Assembly: GCA_937924895.1 (NCBI GenBank)
Contig: CALEYP010000003.1
Location: 811 to 64,810 of the forward strand
DNA length: 64,000 bases
DNA from: an uncultured Alphaproteobacteria bacterium
GTDB lineage: Bacteria > Pseudomonadota > Alphaproteobacteria > Puniceispirillales > Puniceispirillaceae
Reading direction: 5' to 3'
Part shown: one piece after another, positions 36,727-45,758 of the stretch
How positions within the stretch are numbered: the stretch's first letter is position 1
How the letters are laid out: each line of letters begins with the position of its first letter
Notes under the pieces: generated by a model
The model's input: the letters and a program-made list of their open reading frames with translations, nothing else
What the model was told of the DNA's origin: nothing
Databases searched by the model: none
Translations under genes and position numbers: made by a program

Positions 36727-39495
36727 TTATTCTGCTGCTTCAACGCTTTCTGCCATTGATAGGCGCGCCGCTGAGAATTTCAGCTCTGGAATTTTGCCAT
36801 AAGGGTCCAAGGCGGGGTTTGTTAGCATGTTCGCTGGTGCTTCTGTAAAGCAGAATGGAACAAAAATCATACCAGCTGGCAGGTTCGGGTCCATACGCGC
36901 CGCCAATTCAATGCGACCTCTGCGTGTTTCCACAGCTATCATATCACCGCCCTTGGCAGAGAGCGTTTCAAGATCATCTGGGCTGATATGCACTTCGGCC
37001 GTCGGCTCAAGTGCATCTAGCACAGTCGCGCGTCTTGTCATTGAACCTGTGTGCCAATGCTCAAGCAGACGTCCCGTTGACATGATGATTGGGAAGTCAG
37101 CGTCTGGTTGTTCATCTGGTGGCAAAATGTCCGCTGGTGTCATGCGCCCGCGCCCAGAAGCTGTTGGGAACGCGTCACCAAAGATAATATCACGACCTTC
37201 TGATTCTTCATCTGCACAAGGATAGGTCACCGCATCTTCGCGCTCTAATCTGTCCCAGCTAATGCCAGTAAGAGACGGCATGACCATGCGCATTTCGCCA
37301 AAAATATCTTTGGGATGCGTATAAGACCAGTTCAGTCCCATACGATTCGCAATTTCTTGGATGATCCACCAATCTTGTTGCGCGTCACCAGGGGGTTGAA
37401 CCGCTTGTCTGCCTAATTGCACACGTCTGTCAGTGTTTGTGACTGTTCCTGTTTTTTCAGGGAAGGCAGAGGCTGGCAATATAACATCAGCAAATGCCGC
37501 TGTTTCTGTCATGAAAATATCTTGCACCACAAGATGATCAAGATTAGCAAGCGCTGCTCTGGCATGGGTTTGGTCAGGGTCTGACATGGCCGGGTTTTCA
37601 CCCATAATATACATGGCTTTGATTGTGCCATCATATGCCGCATCTGTAATCTCAACCACAGTTAGGCCCCGATTAGGATCAAGTTCAGTGCCCCAGAATG
37701 ACTCATATTTGGCGCGTGTTTCAGGGTCTGTCACAGGCTTATAGTCAGGGAAGAACATCGGGATAAGACCTGCATCAGATGCGCCTTGCACGTTATTCTG
37801 ACCACGTAGCGGGTGCAGACCAGCACCAGGGTGGCCCACATTCCCAGTGAGAAGCGCCAGCGAGATCAAACATCTGGCATTATCAGTCTCATGCGTATGC
37901 TTAGACACGCCCATACCCCATAAAATAATACAAGCTTTGGCATTGGCATAAGTCCTGGCCGTGCTACGGATAACATCAGGGTCGATACCACAGATTGGGC
38001 TCATCGCTTCAGGTGATGTCGCAGCTGTGGCTGCTTTGAGATCTTCAAACCCTTCTGTATGCTCCTCAATATAGCTCTCATCATAGAGGCCTTCTGCAAT
38101 AATCACATGGATCATCGCATTCAATAACGCCACATCAGATCCAGGCGTGAAATTCAATGAGGCTGTGGCATAGCGATCAAGGGCTTGTCCACGAGGATCC
38201 ATCACAAACAAATCGGCTCCTCTTTGCGCCGCATTTTTAATGAATGTTGCAGCTACAGGATGGTTCACTGTGGGGTTGGATCCGATCACAATAATTACAT
38301 CAGAATATTGGCATTGTGAAAATGAGGCTGTCACAGCACCAGAGCCAATATTTTCAATCAAAGCAGCCACAGATGAGGCATGACAAAGACGTGTACAATG
38401 GTCCACATTATTTGTCTTAAAGCCTGTCCGTACTAGCTTTTGCACTAGATAGGCTTCTTCATTTGACCCTTTTGCAGACCCAAAGCCAGACATGGCTGAG
38501 GGGCCATGATCAGCGAGAACCTGATTCAAACCACCTGCTGCTTTATCTAAGGCCTCTTCCCAGCTTGCTTCTCTGAAATGTGTCAGAGGGTTCATTGGAT
38601 CAAATGGCAATGATTCAGATTTTGGTACATCTTCCCGGCGGATAAGTGGCTTTGTCAGGCGCTCTGGATTGTCGATATAATCAAACCCATAGCGTCCCTT
38701 CACACAGAGACGCCCCTGATTGGCAGGGCCTTGCTTGCCAACAACAGACGTGATTTTCTCATCAGTGATGTTAAAGGTTAGCTGGCAGCCCACACCGCAA
38801 TAGGGGCAAACCGAATCCACTTGTCTGTCAGGTGTGATGGCGAGCTTTTGACTATCATCCAGAACCGTTTTTGGCATCAAAGCGCCGGTGGGGCAGGCTT
38901 GCACACATTCACCACATCCTACACAAGTTGACGCGCCCATATCATCGCCAAAATCAAAAACGATATGCGCATCAGCACCACGGCCAGCAAGTCCAATCAC
39001 GTCATTCACCTGCACTTCTCGGCAGGCACGCACACATAAATTACACTGAATGCAAGCATCCATATTGACCGCAATGGCGGGATGAGAGCTATCAGCCTCT
39101 GGTGAGAAAGAGGCGGGGAAACGGCTATCTTCAACCTCTTGTGCATCGGCAAATTGCCATAACTGACTTTGCGGGTCATGCGCAGCCTCTTTTGGTGGTT
39201 GGTCAGATACCAATAATTCCATCACCATTTTACGGGCTGTCTCTGCGCGGGTTGTCGCTGTTTTTACAACCATACCATCTGTTGGCTTGCGTAAACAGGA
39301 GGCGGCAAGAACACGTTCACCTTCGATTTCCACCATACAAGCACGGCAATTACCATCCGCGCGATAGCTGTCATCATCCTTATAGCAAAGATGCGGGATG
39401 TCTGTGCCTTCACTCTTGGCAATTTGCCAGATGCTCTTATCAGCATCAGCTTTGACTATTTTACCATCAAGCTCAAATTCAACAAATTTTGTCAT
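36727..39495 (-). CDS. fdsA: NAD-dependent formate dehydrogenase alpha subunit (Mo-bisPGD, Cys type)
   Basis: N-terminal 2Fe-2S and 4Fe-4S Cys clusters (NuoG-like), molybdopterin domain with the active-site region VDHCTRLCHASSV, no in-frame TGA. Confidence 0.9.
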   Translation of the reverse strand: MTKFVEFELDGKIVKADADKSIWQIAKSEGTDIPHLCYKDDDSYRADGNCRACMVEIEGERVLAASCLRKPTDGMVVKTATTRAETARKMVMELLVSDQPPKEAAHDPQSQLWQFADAQEVEDSRFPASFSPEADSSHPAIAVNMDACIQCNLCVRACREVQVNDVIGLAGRGADAHIVFDFGDDMGASTCVGCGECVQACPTGALMPKTVLDDSQKLAITPDRQVDSVCPYCGVGCQLTFNITDEKITSVVGKQGPANQGRLCVKGRYGFDYIDNPERLTKPLIRREDVPKSESLPFDPMNPLTHFREASWEEALDKAAGGLNQVLADHGPSAMSGFGSAKGSNEEAYLVQKLVRTGFKTNNVDHCTRLCHASSVAALIENIGSGAVTASFSQCQYSDVIIVIGSNPTVNHPVAATFIKNAAQRGADLFVMDPRGQALDRYATASLNFTPGSDVALLNAMIHVIIAEGLYDESYIEEHTEGFEDLKAATAATSPEAMSPICGIDPDVIRSTARTYANAKACIILWGMGVSKHTHETDNARCLISLALLTGNVGHPGAGLHPLRGQNNVQGASDAGLIPMFFPDYKPVTDPETRAKYESFWGTELDPNRGLTVVEITDAAYDGTIKAMYIMGENPAMSDPDQTHARAALANLDHLVVQDIFMTETAAFADVILPASAFPEKTGTVTNTDRRVQLGRQAVQPPGDAQQDWWIIQEIANRMGLNWSYTHPKDIFGEMRMVMPSLTGISWDRLEREDAVTYPCADEESEGRDIIFGDAFPTASGRGRMTPADILPPDEQPDADFPIIMSTGRLLEHWHTGSMTRRATVLDALEPTAEVHISPDDLETLSAKGGDMIAVETRRGRIELAARMDPNLPAGMIFVPFCFTEAPANMLTNPALDPYGKIPELKFSAARLSMAESVEAAE

Positions 39496-39500
39496 TGTCT

Positions 39501-41228
39501 TTACGCCTTATCTGTCATCGCTGGAGAGATGGTTGGCACATCTTCAGGGAAATGTTTCATCACGGATGTAAGAGGGTTAGAGGCCGCTTGACCGAGGCCG
39601 CAAATAGACGCATCGGCCATAGTCTGTGATAGCTCGCCAAGCAAGGCTGTATCAACCTGCGGCTGGCTCATCAGCATTACAGCTTTTTCTGTGCCATTGC
39701 GGCAAGGTGTACATTGGCCGCATGATTCATGTTTGAAGAATTGCATCAGGTTTAAGGCGGCATCCCACATATTATCGTGGTCTGAGAGAACCACCACCGC
39801 ATGCGAGCCGACAAAACAACCTTCTTCGGCCAATTGACCGCCAAAATCGAGCGGGATATCTGCCTTAGAGGCTGGCAAAATGCCACCTGAGGCGCCACCT
39901 GGCAGATAACCTTTGAAGTGATGACCATCAGCCATGCCGCCACAAAGGGCGATTAACTCGGCAACAGTGCTACCGGCAGGTGCTTTCACTAATCCCGGTT
40001 TAGCAACGCGGCCAGATACGGAATAAGTCCGGAACCCAGGATGGTCTGCGCTGCCTTGTTCATTGAACCAATCAGCCCCTTTTTCAACAATGTCACGGAT
40101 CCAGAATAAGGTTTCGACATTATTCACCAATGTTGGGCGTCCGAATAGTCCGACCTCAGCCACATAAGGAGGGCGTTGGCGCGGAATACCTCGTTTCCCT
40201 TCGATTGATTCGATCATTGCGGATTCTTCACCGCATATATAAGCGCCAGCGCCGCGACGCAGCTCAACTACCGTATGGTCATCAAGGCCAGCTGCGTGAA
40301 CCTTTGCCAATTCTTCTTTTAAAAGCGCGAGAATTTCAGGATATTCGTCACGCATATAGATATAGCAATAGTTGATACCAGAGCTTGCTCCGGCAATCAA
40401 AATGCCTTCGATCATGCGGTGCGGGTCTGTTGTGAGGTAAAACCGGTCTTTGAATGTGCCAGGCTCACCCTCATCGCCATTGACTGCCATCAAACGTGGG
40501 CCGTCATAGCCAGAAACAATGGACCATTTACGTCCTGTCGGGAAGCCAGCACCACCCAAGCCGCGCAAAGCAGAGGAAGATAGCGCGCCAATGATGTCAG
40601 CGCCTGTCTTTTCCCCAGATTTCAACGCTTTCAACAGCTGATACCCACCTTGGGCAACATAAGAATCAAAATCGACATAATCAGGGGTCTCATGATGCGG
40701 GGCGGGGGCTTGTGCGCGGGCCCGCAAGCTATCTGTTGTGACATGACTGACAAGGTCATGCCCATCAGCCGCTGCAGGCGCCTTATCACAAGCACCAATG
40801 CAAGGCGCTGGCACAAAGCGCACATCATCACCGGCGCTGGCCTGCAATTCAGCGAGGATGGTTTCGCCGCCCGCCATCATGCATGATAAGGATGTGCAGA
40901 CACGAATGGTCCGCTTGGCAGGGGCGGTTTCTCCTTCTTTGACGAGGTCAAAATGGTCATAAAAGCTTGCCACTTCCCACACTTCCGCCATTGGGATCTT
41001 CATCAGATGCGCGAGTGCTGCCAAATTCTCTGCTGAGAGGTGGCCATGCTCATCTTGAATGATATGCAAATATTCAATCAACATATCGCGCTGGAATGTT
41101 GCGTCAGCTAGCAAGGTTTCCACATGACGCAAAGCAGCTGGATCGGTAAGACGTCCCTTCGGTTTAAAGCGACCTTTGCGGCCTTTTTTATGGGATGGTG
41201 TCTGGGCGTTATCAAACGAATCAGGCAT
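39501..41228 (-). CDS. fdsB: Formate dehydrogenase diaphorase subunit: fused FdsG (NuoE-like) and FdsB (NuoF-like)
   Basis: N-terminal NuoE-like 2Fe-2S motifs (CTSLSC ... CIGACDKAP). NuoF-like FMN site GLGGAGFPTGRKW and 4Fe-4S ESCGQCTPCR. Start is ATG 41228 or GTG 41246. Confidence 0.85.
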   Translation of the reverse strand: MPDSFDNAQTPSHKKGRKGRFKPKGRLTDPAALRHVETLLADATFQRDMLIEYLHIIQDEHGHLSAENLAALAHLMKIPMAEVWEVASFYDHFDLVKEGETAPAKRTIRVCTSLSCMMAGGETILAELQASAGDDVRFVPAPCIGACDKAPAAADGHDLVSHVTTDSLRARAQAPAPHHETPDYVDFDSYVAQGGYQLLKALKSGEKTGADIIGALSSSALRGLGGAGFPTGRKWSIVSGYDGPRLMAVNGDEGEPGTFKDRFYLTTDPHRMIEGILIAGASSGINYCYIYMRDEYPEILALLKEELAKVHAAGLDDHTVVELRRGAGAYICGEESAMIESIEGKRGIPRQRPPYVAEVGLFGRPTLVNNVETLFWIRDIVEKGADWFNEQGSADHPGFRTYSVSGRVAKPGLVKAPAGSTVAELIALCGGMADGHHFKGYLPGGASGGILPASKADIPLDFGGQLAEEGCFVGSHAVVVLSDHDNMWDAALNLMQFFKHESCGQCTPCRNGTEKAVMLMSQPQVDTALLGELSQTMADASICGLGQAASNPLTSVMKHFPEDVPTISPAMTDKA

Positions 41229-41310
41229 AGCGCATTTCCATATCACAGCTACGAATAATTAGGTGGCACCACCCTAGCACAAATATAAAAATGACTATAG
41301 AATTTCTGGC

Positions 41311-41496
41311 TTAATCTGTTCTGTCACCGACAGCGATCAAATTCACATGTTCACAATTGATCATGATCTTACCCGCTTCGGGGAAATTGACCACAACACG
41401 CATGCCCGTAATGGACTGAACTTGACCAATGCCCCATTCAGGTTTTTCAGGATGTTTCACAAATTCACCAAGGGTGAAATCCAAAAATTGCGCCAT
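41311..41496 (-). CDS. DUF3553-family small protein
   Basis: 61 aa. HPEKPEWGIGQVQS...VVNFPEAGK pattern recalled from the DUF3553 family. Confidence 0.6.
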   Translation of the reverse strand: MAQFLDFTLGEFVKHPEKPEWGIGQVQSITGMRVVVNFPEAGKIMINCEHVNLIAVGDRTD

Positions 41497-41625
41497 AAAT
41501 GCCTGCCTGTGATCAAAGCTGCTAATCTCGCTCTTTGTCTATCACATCTTGAGGCCATGCGGGGCTAAAATTTTTGTGAGATGTTAGGCCTGATGACGCA
41601 CAGATTGTATCTGAACGGTTTGCGC

Positions 41626-42330
41626 CTAATGAATGCTGGCGCGCCCTTCTTCTAATTCAATTAACTTATAGCCTTGACCCCATACAGTTTCGATGCGTAC
41701 ACCGCGCATCCCTGCAATCTTTAATTTATGGCGTAATTTACAGACAAACACATCTACGATTTTGGATTCAGGTTCATCTCTGCCGCCGTAAAGATGGCTG
41801 ATGAAAGCAGATTTGCTAAGTACAGCGCCGCGACGAACCCCCAATAGATTGAGAATTTCATATTCCTTTCTTGTCAGCGCGAGGTGACGACCATTCACAC
41901 TGACTGTTTTGCGCTGCAAATCAATCATCATATTGCCGACTTCAATCTGTAAAGAATTATGACCATTGGCGCGGCGAATAATAGCTTCTAGGTGGGCAAG
42001 TAACTCGTGCTTATCAAAAGGCTTGCTCAGATACCCATCGGCACCTGCGCCAAGGGCCATGATCCGGTCATCAACAGAATTATTCCCTGATACAACTAGG
42101 ATGGGAACCAGCTGTTTTTCCTTTTTCGCGCGAATAAGGCGCGCAAGACGCGTGCCATCGCCATCTGGTAGTTTTAAATCAAGAAGCACAGCATCAATTT
42201 CATTCAGGCTAAGCTCTTCTAAGGCATCATGAATGGTTGTAGAGGCAACTGTGAAATAGCCTGCCTGTTCCAATGTCATTGAGACGGCATCTGCCACAAT
42301 AGGATCATCTTCCACCAACAAAATATTCAT
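41626..42330 (-). CDS. ctrA: Cell-cycle response regulator CtrA (OmpR family)
   Basis: Receiver DAVLLDLKLPDGDG. Output domain HLYGGRDEPESKIVDVFVCKLRHKL ... ETVWGQGYKL closely follows the CtrA signature. Confidence 0.8.
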   Translation of the reverse strand: MNILLVEDDPIVADAVSMTLEQAGYFTVASTTIHDALEELSLNEIDAVLLDLKLPDGDGTRLARLIRAKKEKQLVPILVVSGNNSVDDRIMALGAGADGYLSKPFDKHELLAHLEAIIRRANGHNSLQIEVGNMMIDLQRKTVSVNGRHLALTRKEYEILNLLGVRRGAVLSKSAFISHLYGGRDEPESKIVDVFVCKLRHKLKIAGMRGVRIETVWGQGYKLIELEEGRASIH

Positions 42331-42466
42331 TTAATTGCCTTTCCGATGCGTTTGAATATTTACAAAATCGCCACAACTATTGGATGTATTTCCATCCTGA
42401 TGCATCATGGCTCACTTCCTCAACGATGGGTGGGATCATCTTTTCAGGCAAATCACATCTTCGTGA

Positions 42467-42481
42467 TTAATCATTCCTTAA
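42467..42481. promoter_or_regulatory. CtrA box (TTAA-N7-TTAA) upstream of ctrA
   Basis: Perfect TTAAtcattccTTAA, 137-151 nt upstream of the ctrA start in the ctrA/dksA divergent region. Confidence 0.5.
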
Positions 42482-42626
42482 TATTTAGGCGTTACAGACT
42501 AGTCAGAATGCAGGATTGGCATGGTAGGCTGTTATTGTCATGTTCCTGAAAAATCTAGCTTGCGCGAATAGGTGAATCTCATTACTTTTGTGCTTCACTT
42601 TTTGGACTGTCTGATTGAACCACGAC

Positions 42627-42646
42627 GCTGATACGTTCGTATCAGC
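42627..42646 (+). other. Stable hairpin in the dksA 5' leader
   Basis: GCTGATAC-gttc-GTATCAGC perfect 8-bp stem, 16 nt upstream of the AAGGAG SD. Confidence 0.4.
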
Positions 42647-42674
42647 CGCTGTGCTAGGAAAAAGGAGACCATCT

Positions 42675-43127
42675 GTGTCATCTGCAAAAACAAAATTAGA
42701 CGATGCCGTATCTGCGACGTTGCTGCCTGAAGGTTACAAGCCATCGGCGGATGAAGAGTTTATGAACCCGCTTCAGCTTGAATATTTTAAGCAGAAATTG
42801 CTGAAATGGCGTTCTGAGCTGCTAAATGAAGCAAGCCAGACACTGCAGAATCTCTCAACAGAATCGCTTCATAAGCCGGATCAGATGGATAGAGCGCAAA
42901 TTGAGAGCTCTGCCGCATTAGACCTTCGGACCAGAGATAGAGAGCGGAAATTAATTCAGAAAATTGAATCTGCTTTGCGCCGTATCGAAGATGGTAGCTA
43001 TGGCTATTGTGAAGATACAGATGAGCCGATTAGCCTTGAACGTCTGGAGGCGCGTCCCATCGCTTCTATGACAATCCAAGCGCAAGAGCGCCATGAAAAG
43101 ATGGAGCGTGTTCATCGCGACGACTAA
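42675..43127 (+). CDS. dksA: RNA polymerase-binding transcription factor DksA (Cys-poor finger variant)
   Basis: AAGGAG SD 7 nt before GTG 42675. Coiled-coil with the tip sequence DQMDRAQIESSAALDLR, and C-terminal DGSYGYCEDTDEPISLERLEARP. Confidence 0.8.
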   Translation: MSSAKTKLDDAVSATLLPEGYKPSADEEFMNPLQLEYFKQKLLKWRSELLNEASQTLQNLSTESLHKPDQMDRAQIESSAALDLRTRDRERKLIQKIESALRRIEDGSYGYCEDTDEPISLERLEARPIASMTIQAQERHEKMERVHRDD

Positions 43128-43160
43128 ATCGTCTTTTACGAGACTATGAGAGTGAACAAG

Positions 43161-43188
43161 CAGGCGTTTTCGGGCGCCTGTTTTTTTT
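43161..43188 (+). terminator. Rho-independent terminator after dksA
   Basis: CAGGCG-ttttcggg-CGCCTG followed by T8. Confidence 0.8.
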
Positions 43189-43464
43189 GGCGTTCTTAAC
43201 CATTCGTCAAGACTAACGAAATTTTGTAATAATCTGTTAACTATTTTTCTTTACACTTCTCTTTATAGTTGTTTATATATTTTTTTATTAGGGTATGACT
43301 AGAGTGGTATACGGTCAAAATTTGGCCATCTGTGTATGATGATACGGTTTGGTAGGTTATCGTTGCCAGAGATGATAGGTCCCTATCTATTGTCCAAATC
43401 AATGAATGTTAGACTGCGTCACCTAGTAGCGGGAGGCGTGTGCCATTGATGTCAGGGGCCCTAT

Positions 43465-44274
43465 ATGTCGGCAAAAAAAGAAGACTCCTCTTCTATCCAA
43501 CATGAGATGACTCTGTCCTCACCTGGCGGTGGCCGTCTATCCGCGCATGAGCAGCATATGAAGCATATTATTCATGATGCTAATCACTGCTTGATGCTAA
43601 TTGCAATCGCGGGTGATCAGATTGAGCGTCATATTGGTCAAGGACAATTAACGCCTAGTGAGGGAGACAGGGCAGGGGCCTCAGCGCGCGCTGCTATCTC
43701 AATTCTTCGTCAAAATGTGGATGTGGTCTCTCGTTTATTATCATCTTTGAATGGTGAGCTAGTTTGCAAAGAGCAATTATCATCTCTAACGGCGGCTCAA
43801 TTTCACCCCTTCTTACAAGCCCAATTGCAAGAATGGCAGCAAATTGTATGTAGGGATATTCATCTCTCCCTCTCTCAGAAACCGTTTGCTGGCGTGGTCA
43901 CAGTTAAATTAGTGGCGCTTAAGCGGGCGCTGTTGAACCTTATTGTAAATGCCATCGATGCGTTGCAAGAGGTAGAGCGCCCTTATAAGGAGATACGTAT
44001 CTCTGTGCGTCCGTGCCATCATCAGCTATATATTCATATCCAAGATAATGGCGCTGGGATTGCTGAAGACTTCACACCTCACATGTTTCAAGATGGGGTC
44101 TCTAGCAAAGACCCGACCACCGCCTATCGCGGGTTAGGTCTGCCATCTACCAAGAAATTAGTTGCCAGCTGGGGAGGTGAGTTACGCTATATTCCCCAAA
44201 CAGGCCAACAGGGGAGTCATTTTATGATAAGCGCGCCGTTAGGCCCTCCTCAAAATCACCCTGATTTGTTCTGA
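43465..44274 (+). CDS. Soluble histidine kinase core (DHp + CA) with no sensor, TM or receiver domain
   Basis: H box MKHIIHDANHCLMLI (HDFNN-type), N box LNLIVNAIDAL, G1 IQDNGAGI, G2 GLGLPSTKKLV. Confidence 0.7.
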   Translation: MSAKKEDSSSIQHEMTLSSPGGGRLSAHEQHMKHIIHDANHCLMLIAIAGDQIERHIGQGQLTPSEGDRAGASARAAISILRQNVDVVSRLLSSLNGELVCKEQLSSLTAAQFHPFLQAQLQEWQQIVCRDIHLSLSQKPFAGVVTVKLVALKRALLNLIVNAIDALQEVERPYKEIRISVRPCHHQLYIHIQDNGAGIAEDFTPHMFQDGVSSKDPTTAYRGLGLPSTKKLVASWGGELRYIPQTGQQGSHFMISAPLGPPQNHPDLF

Positions 44275-44312
44275 TTTTCTGCGACTGTCACTTCAATAAA
44301 TAATAGAAATGA

Positions 44313-44327
44313 GAACAAAAGCAGAAT
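44313..44327. promoter_or_regulatory. Candidate alphaproteobacterial LexA (SOS) box, distal
   Basis: GAAC-N7-GAAT upstream of recA; the consensus direct repeat is GAAC-N7-GAAC / GTTC-N7-GTTC. Confidence 0.3.
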
Positions 44328-44360
44328 TTCTGTTTGACAGACCATCCACATCTGCTATAA

Positions 44361-44375
44361 GAACAAAACTAGATC
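44361..44375. promoter_or_regulatory. Candidate alphaproteobacterial LexA (SOS) box, proximal
   Basis: GAAC-N7-GATC. Shares the AGAACAAAA prefix with the distal site. Confidence 0.3.
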
Positions 44376-44490
44376 ATGTCTTGTTTTGCCTAGAAATAGG
44401 CAGCCTTTCAGTGAAAGGGTAAAAAAGCCAAAATCGTTGTGGTTTGTGGCTGGACAGAGGCAGTAGTTCATGCATGATGGGAGCAGCAAA

Positions 44491-45564
44491 ATGTCAGCAC
44501 AAATCGTGGATCTCAAAATGAATAATGATGATAAGAATAAAGCGCTAGAAGCAGCGATTGGTCAAATTGAAAAGGCCTTTGGTAAAGGGTCTGTTATGAA
44601 GTTGGGCCAGCGGGAATCAGTGGTTGATGTCCAAGCTGTTTCGACAGGGTCTCTTGGCCTTGATATCGCGCTTGGCATTGGCGGCTTTCCCAAAGGCCGT
44701 ATCATTGAGGTATATGGCCCGGAATCATCAGGTAAGACAACCTTGGCGCTCCATGCTGTGGCCGAAGCACAGAAGGCAGGCGGTAATTGCGCTTTTGTGG
44801 ATGCTGAGCATGCGCTAGACCCGATTTATGCGAAAAAGCTTGGTGTGGACCTGGATGAATTACTGATTTCACAGCCTGATGCTGGTGAGCAAGCGCTTGA
44901 AATCGCTGATACGCTGGTAAGGTCTGGCGCGATTGATGTGTTGGTCGTGGATTCTGTCGCGGCTTTGGTGCCTCGTGCTGAACTAGAAGGTGAGATGGGT
45001 GACACGCATGTCGGCTTGCAAGCCCGCCTGATGAGCCAAGCGTTACGTAAATTAACGTCTTCAATTTCGCGTTCAAATTGTTTGGTTATCTTTATTAACC
45101 AGATTCGCCTCAAAATTGGTGTGATGTTTGGTAACCCAGAGACCACAACAGGTGGTAATGCTCTGAAATTCTATGCGTCTGTTCGTCTTGATATTCGCCG
45201 TATTGGCGCCATCAAAGACAGAGAAGAAGTGGTTGGTAACCAGACACGCGTGAAAGTGGTAAAAAATAAGGTGGCCGCGCCATTCCGTACAGTTGAATTT
45301 GATATCATGTATGGTGAAGGTATCTCAAAGACAGGCGAATTGCTTGATTTAGGGGTAGCCGCCGGTCTTGTGGAAAAAGCAGGAGCTTGGTTCTCTTATA
45401 ATGGGCAGCGTATTGGACAAGGACGTGAGAATTCAAAAACATTCTTGCGAGAAAACCCCGCCATTGCCGATGAGATTGAAATGGCTATCCGTCAAAATGC
45501 TGGCTTAGTGCAAGATCAGATGATGGATGCATCTATTGCACAGGATCCAGAGGCTGAAAGCTAG
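44491..45564 (+). CDS. recA: Recombinase RecA
   Basis: Walker [10 protein letters not shown] and full-length RecA pattern. GGGAG SD before ATG 44491. Confidence 0.95.
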   Translation: MSAQIVDLKMNNDDKNKALEAAIGQIEKAFGKGSVMKLGQRESVVDVQAVSTGSLGLDIALGIGGFPKGRIIEVYGPESSGKTTLALHAVAEAQKAGGNCAFVDAEHALDPIYAKKLGVDLDELLISQPDAGEQALEIADTLVRSGAIDVLVVDSVAALVPRAELEGEMGDTHVGLQARLMSQALRKLTSSISRSNCLVIFINQIRLKIGVMFGNPETTTGGNALKFYASVRLDIRRIGAIKDREEVVGNQTRVKVVKNKVAAPFRTVEFDIMYGEGISKTGELLDLGVAAGLVEKAGAWFSYNGQRIGQGRENSKTFLRENPAIADEIEMAIRQNAGLVQDQMMDASIAQDPEAES

Positions 45565-45605
45565 CTCAGCGCTCCCTCATTTGGTTTTCGATAGATATGA
45601 TAAGG

Positions 45606-45626
45606 CCACCTCAATGAGGTGGTTTT
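45606..45626 (+). terminator. Rho-independent terminator after recA
   Basis: CCACCTC-aat-GAGGTGG followed by TTTTGTCATTT. Confidence 0.75.
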
Positions 45627-45758
45627 GTCATTTCTGGGCTCTTTTCGTTTGTAAACAGGGGCTTTGGCGGTCTCCAGACTAGACCAAGAGGGCATTTTCC
45701 GTTAGGTATCAGCATAAGACTTCTCTTTAACTTATTGCTTGCAAGGACGTGCCGAAAG

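Noticed and set aside
36552-36743. 63-aa ORF downstream of fdsA as a possible FdsD
   Set aside because: It overlaps the fdsA stop by 17 nt. The sequence (MKQQNKLFTNEIVTKRGHASFCHIYF...) has no resemblance to FdsD as I recall it. It has an odd composition and covers the hemA promoter region.
42346-42549. 67-aa + strand ORF in the ctrA-dksA intergenic region
   Set aside because: It has no SD and an implausible composition. It covers the CtrA box and promoter region, so it is most likely non-coding.
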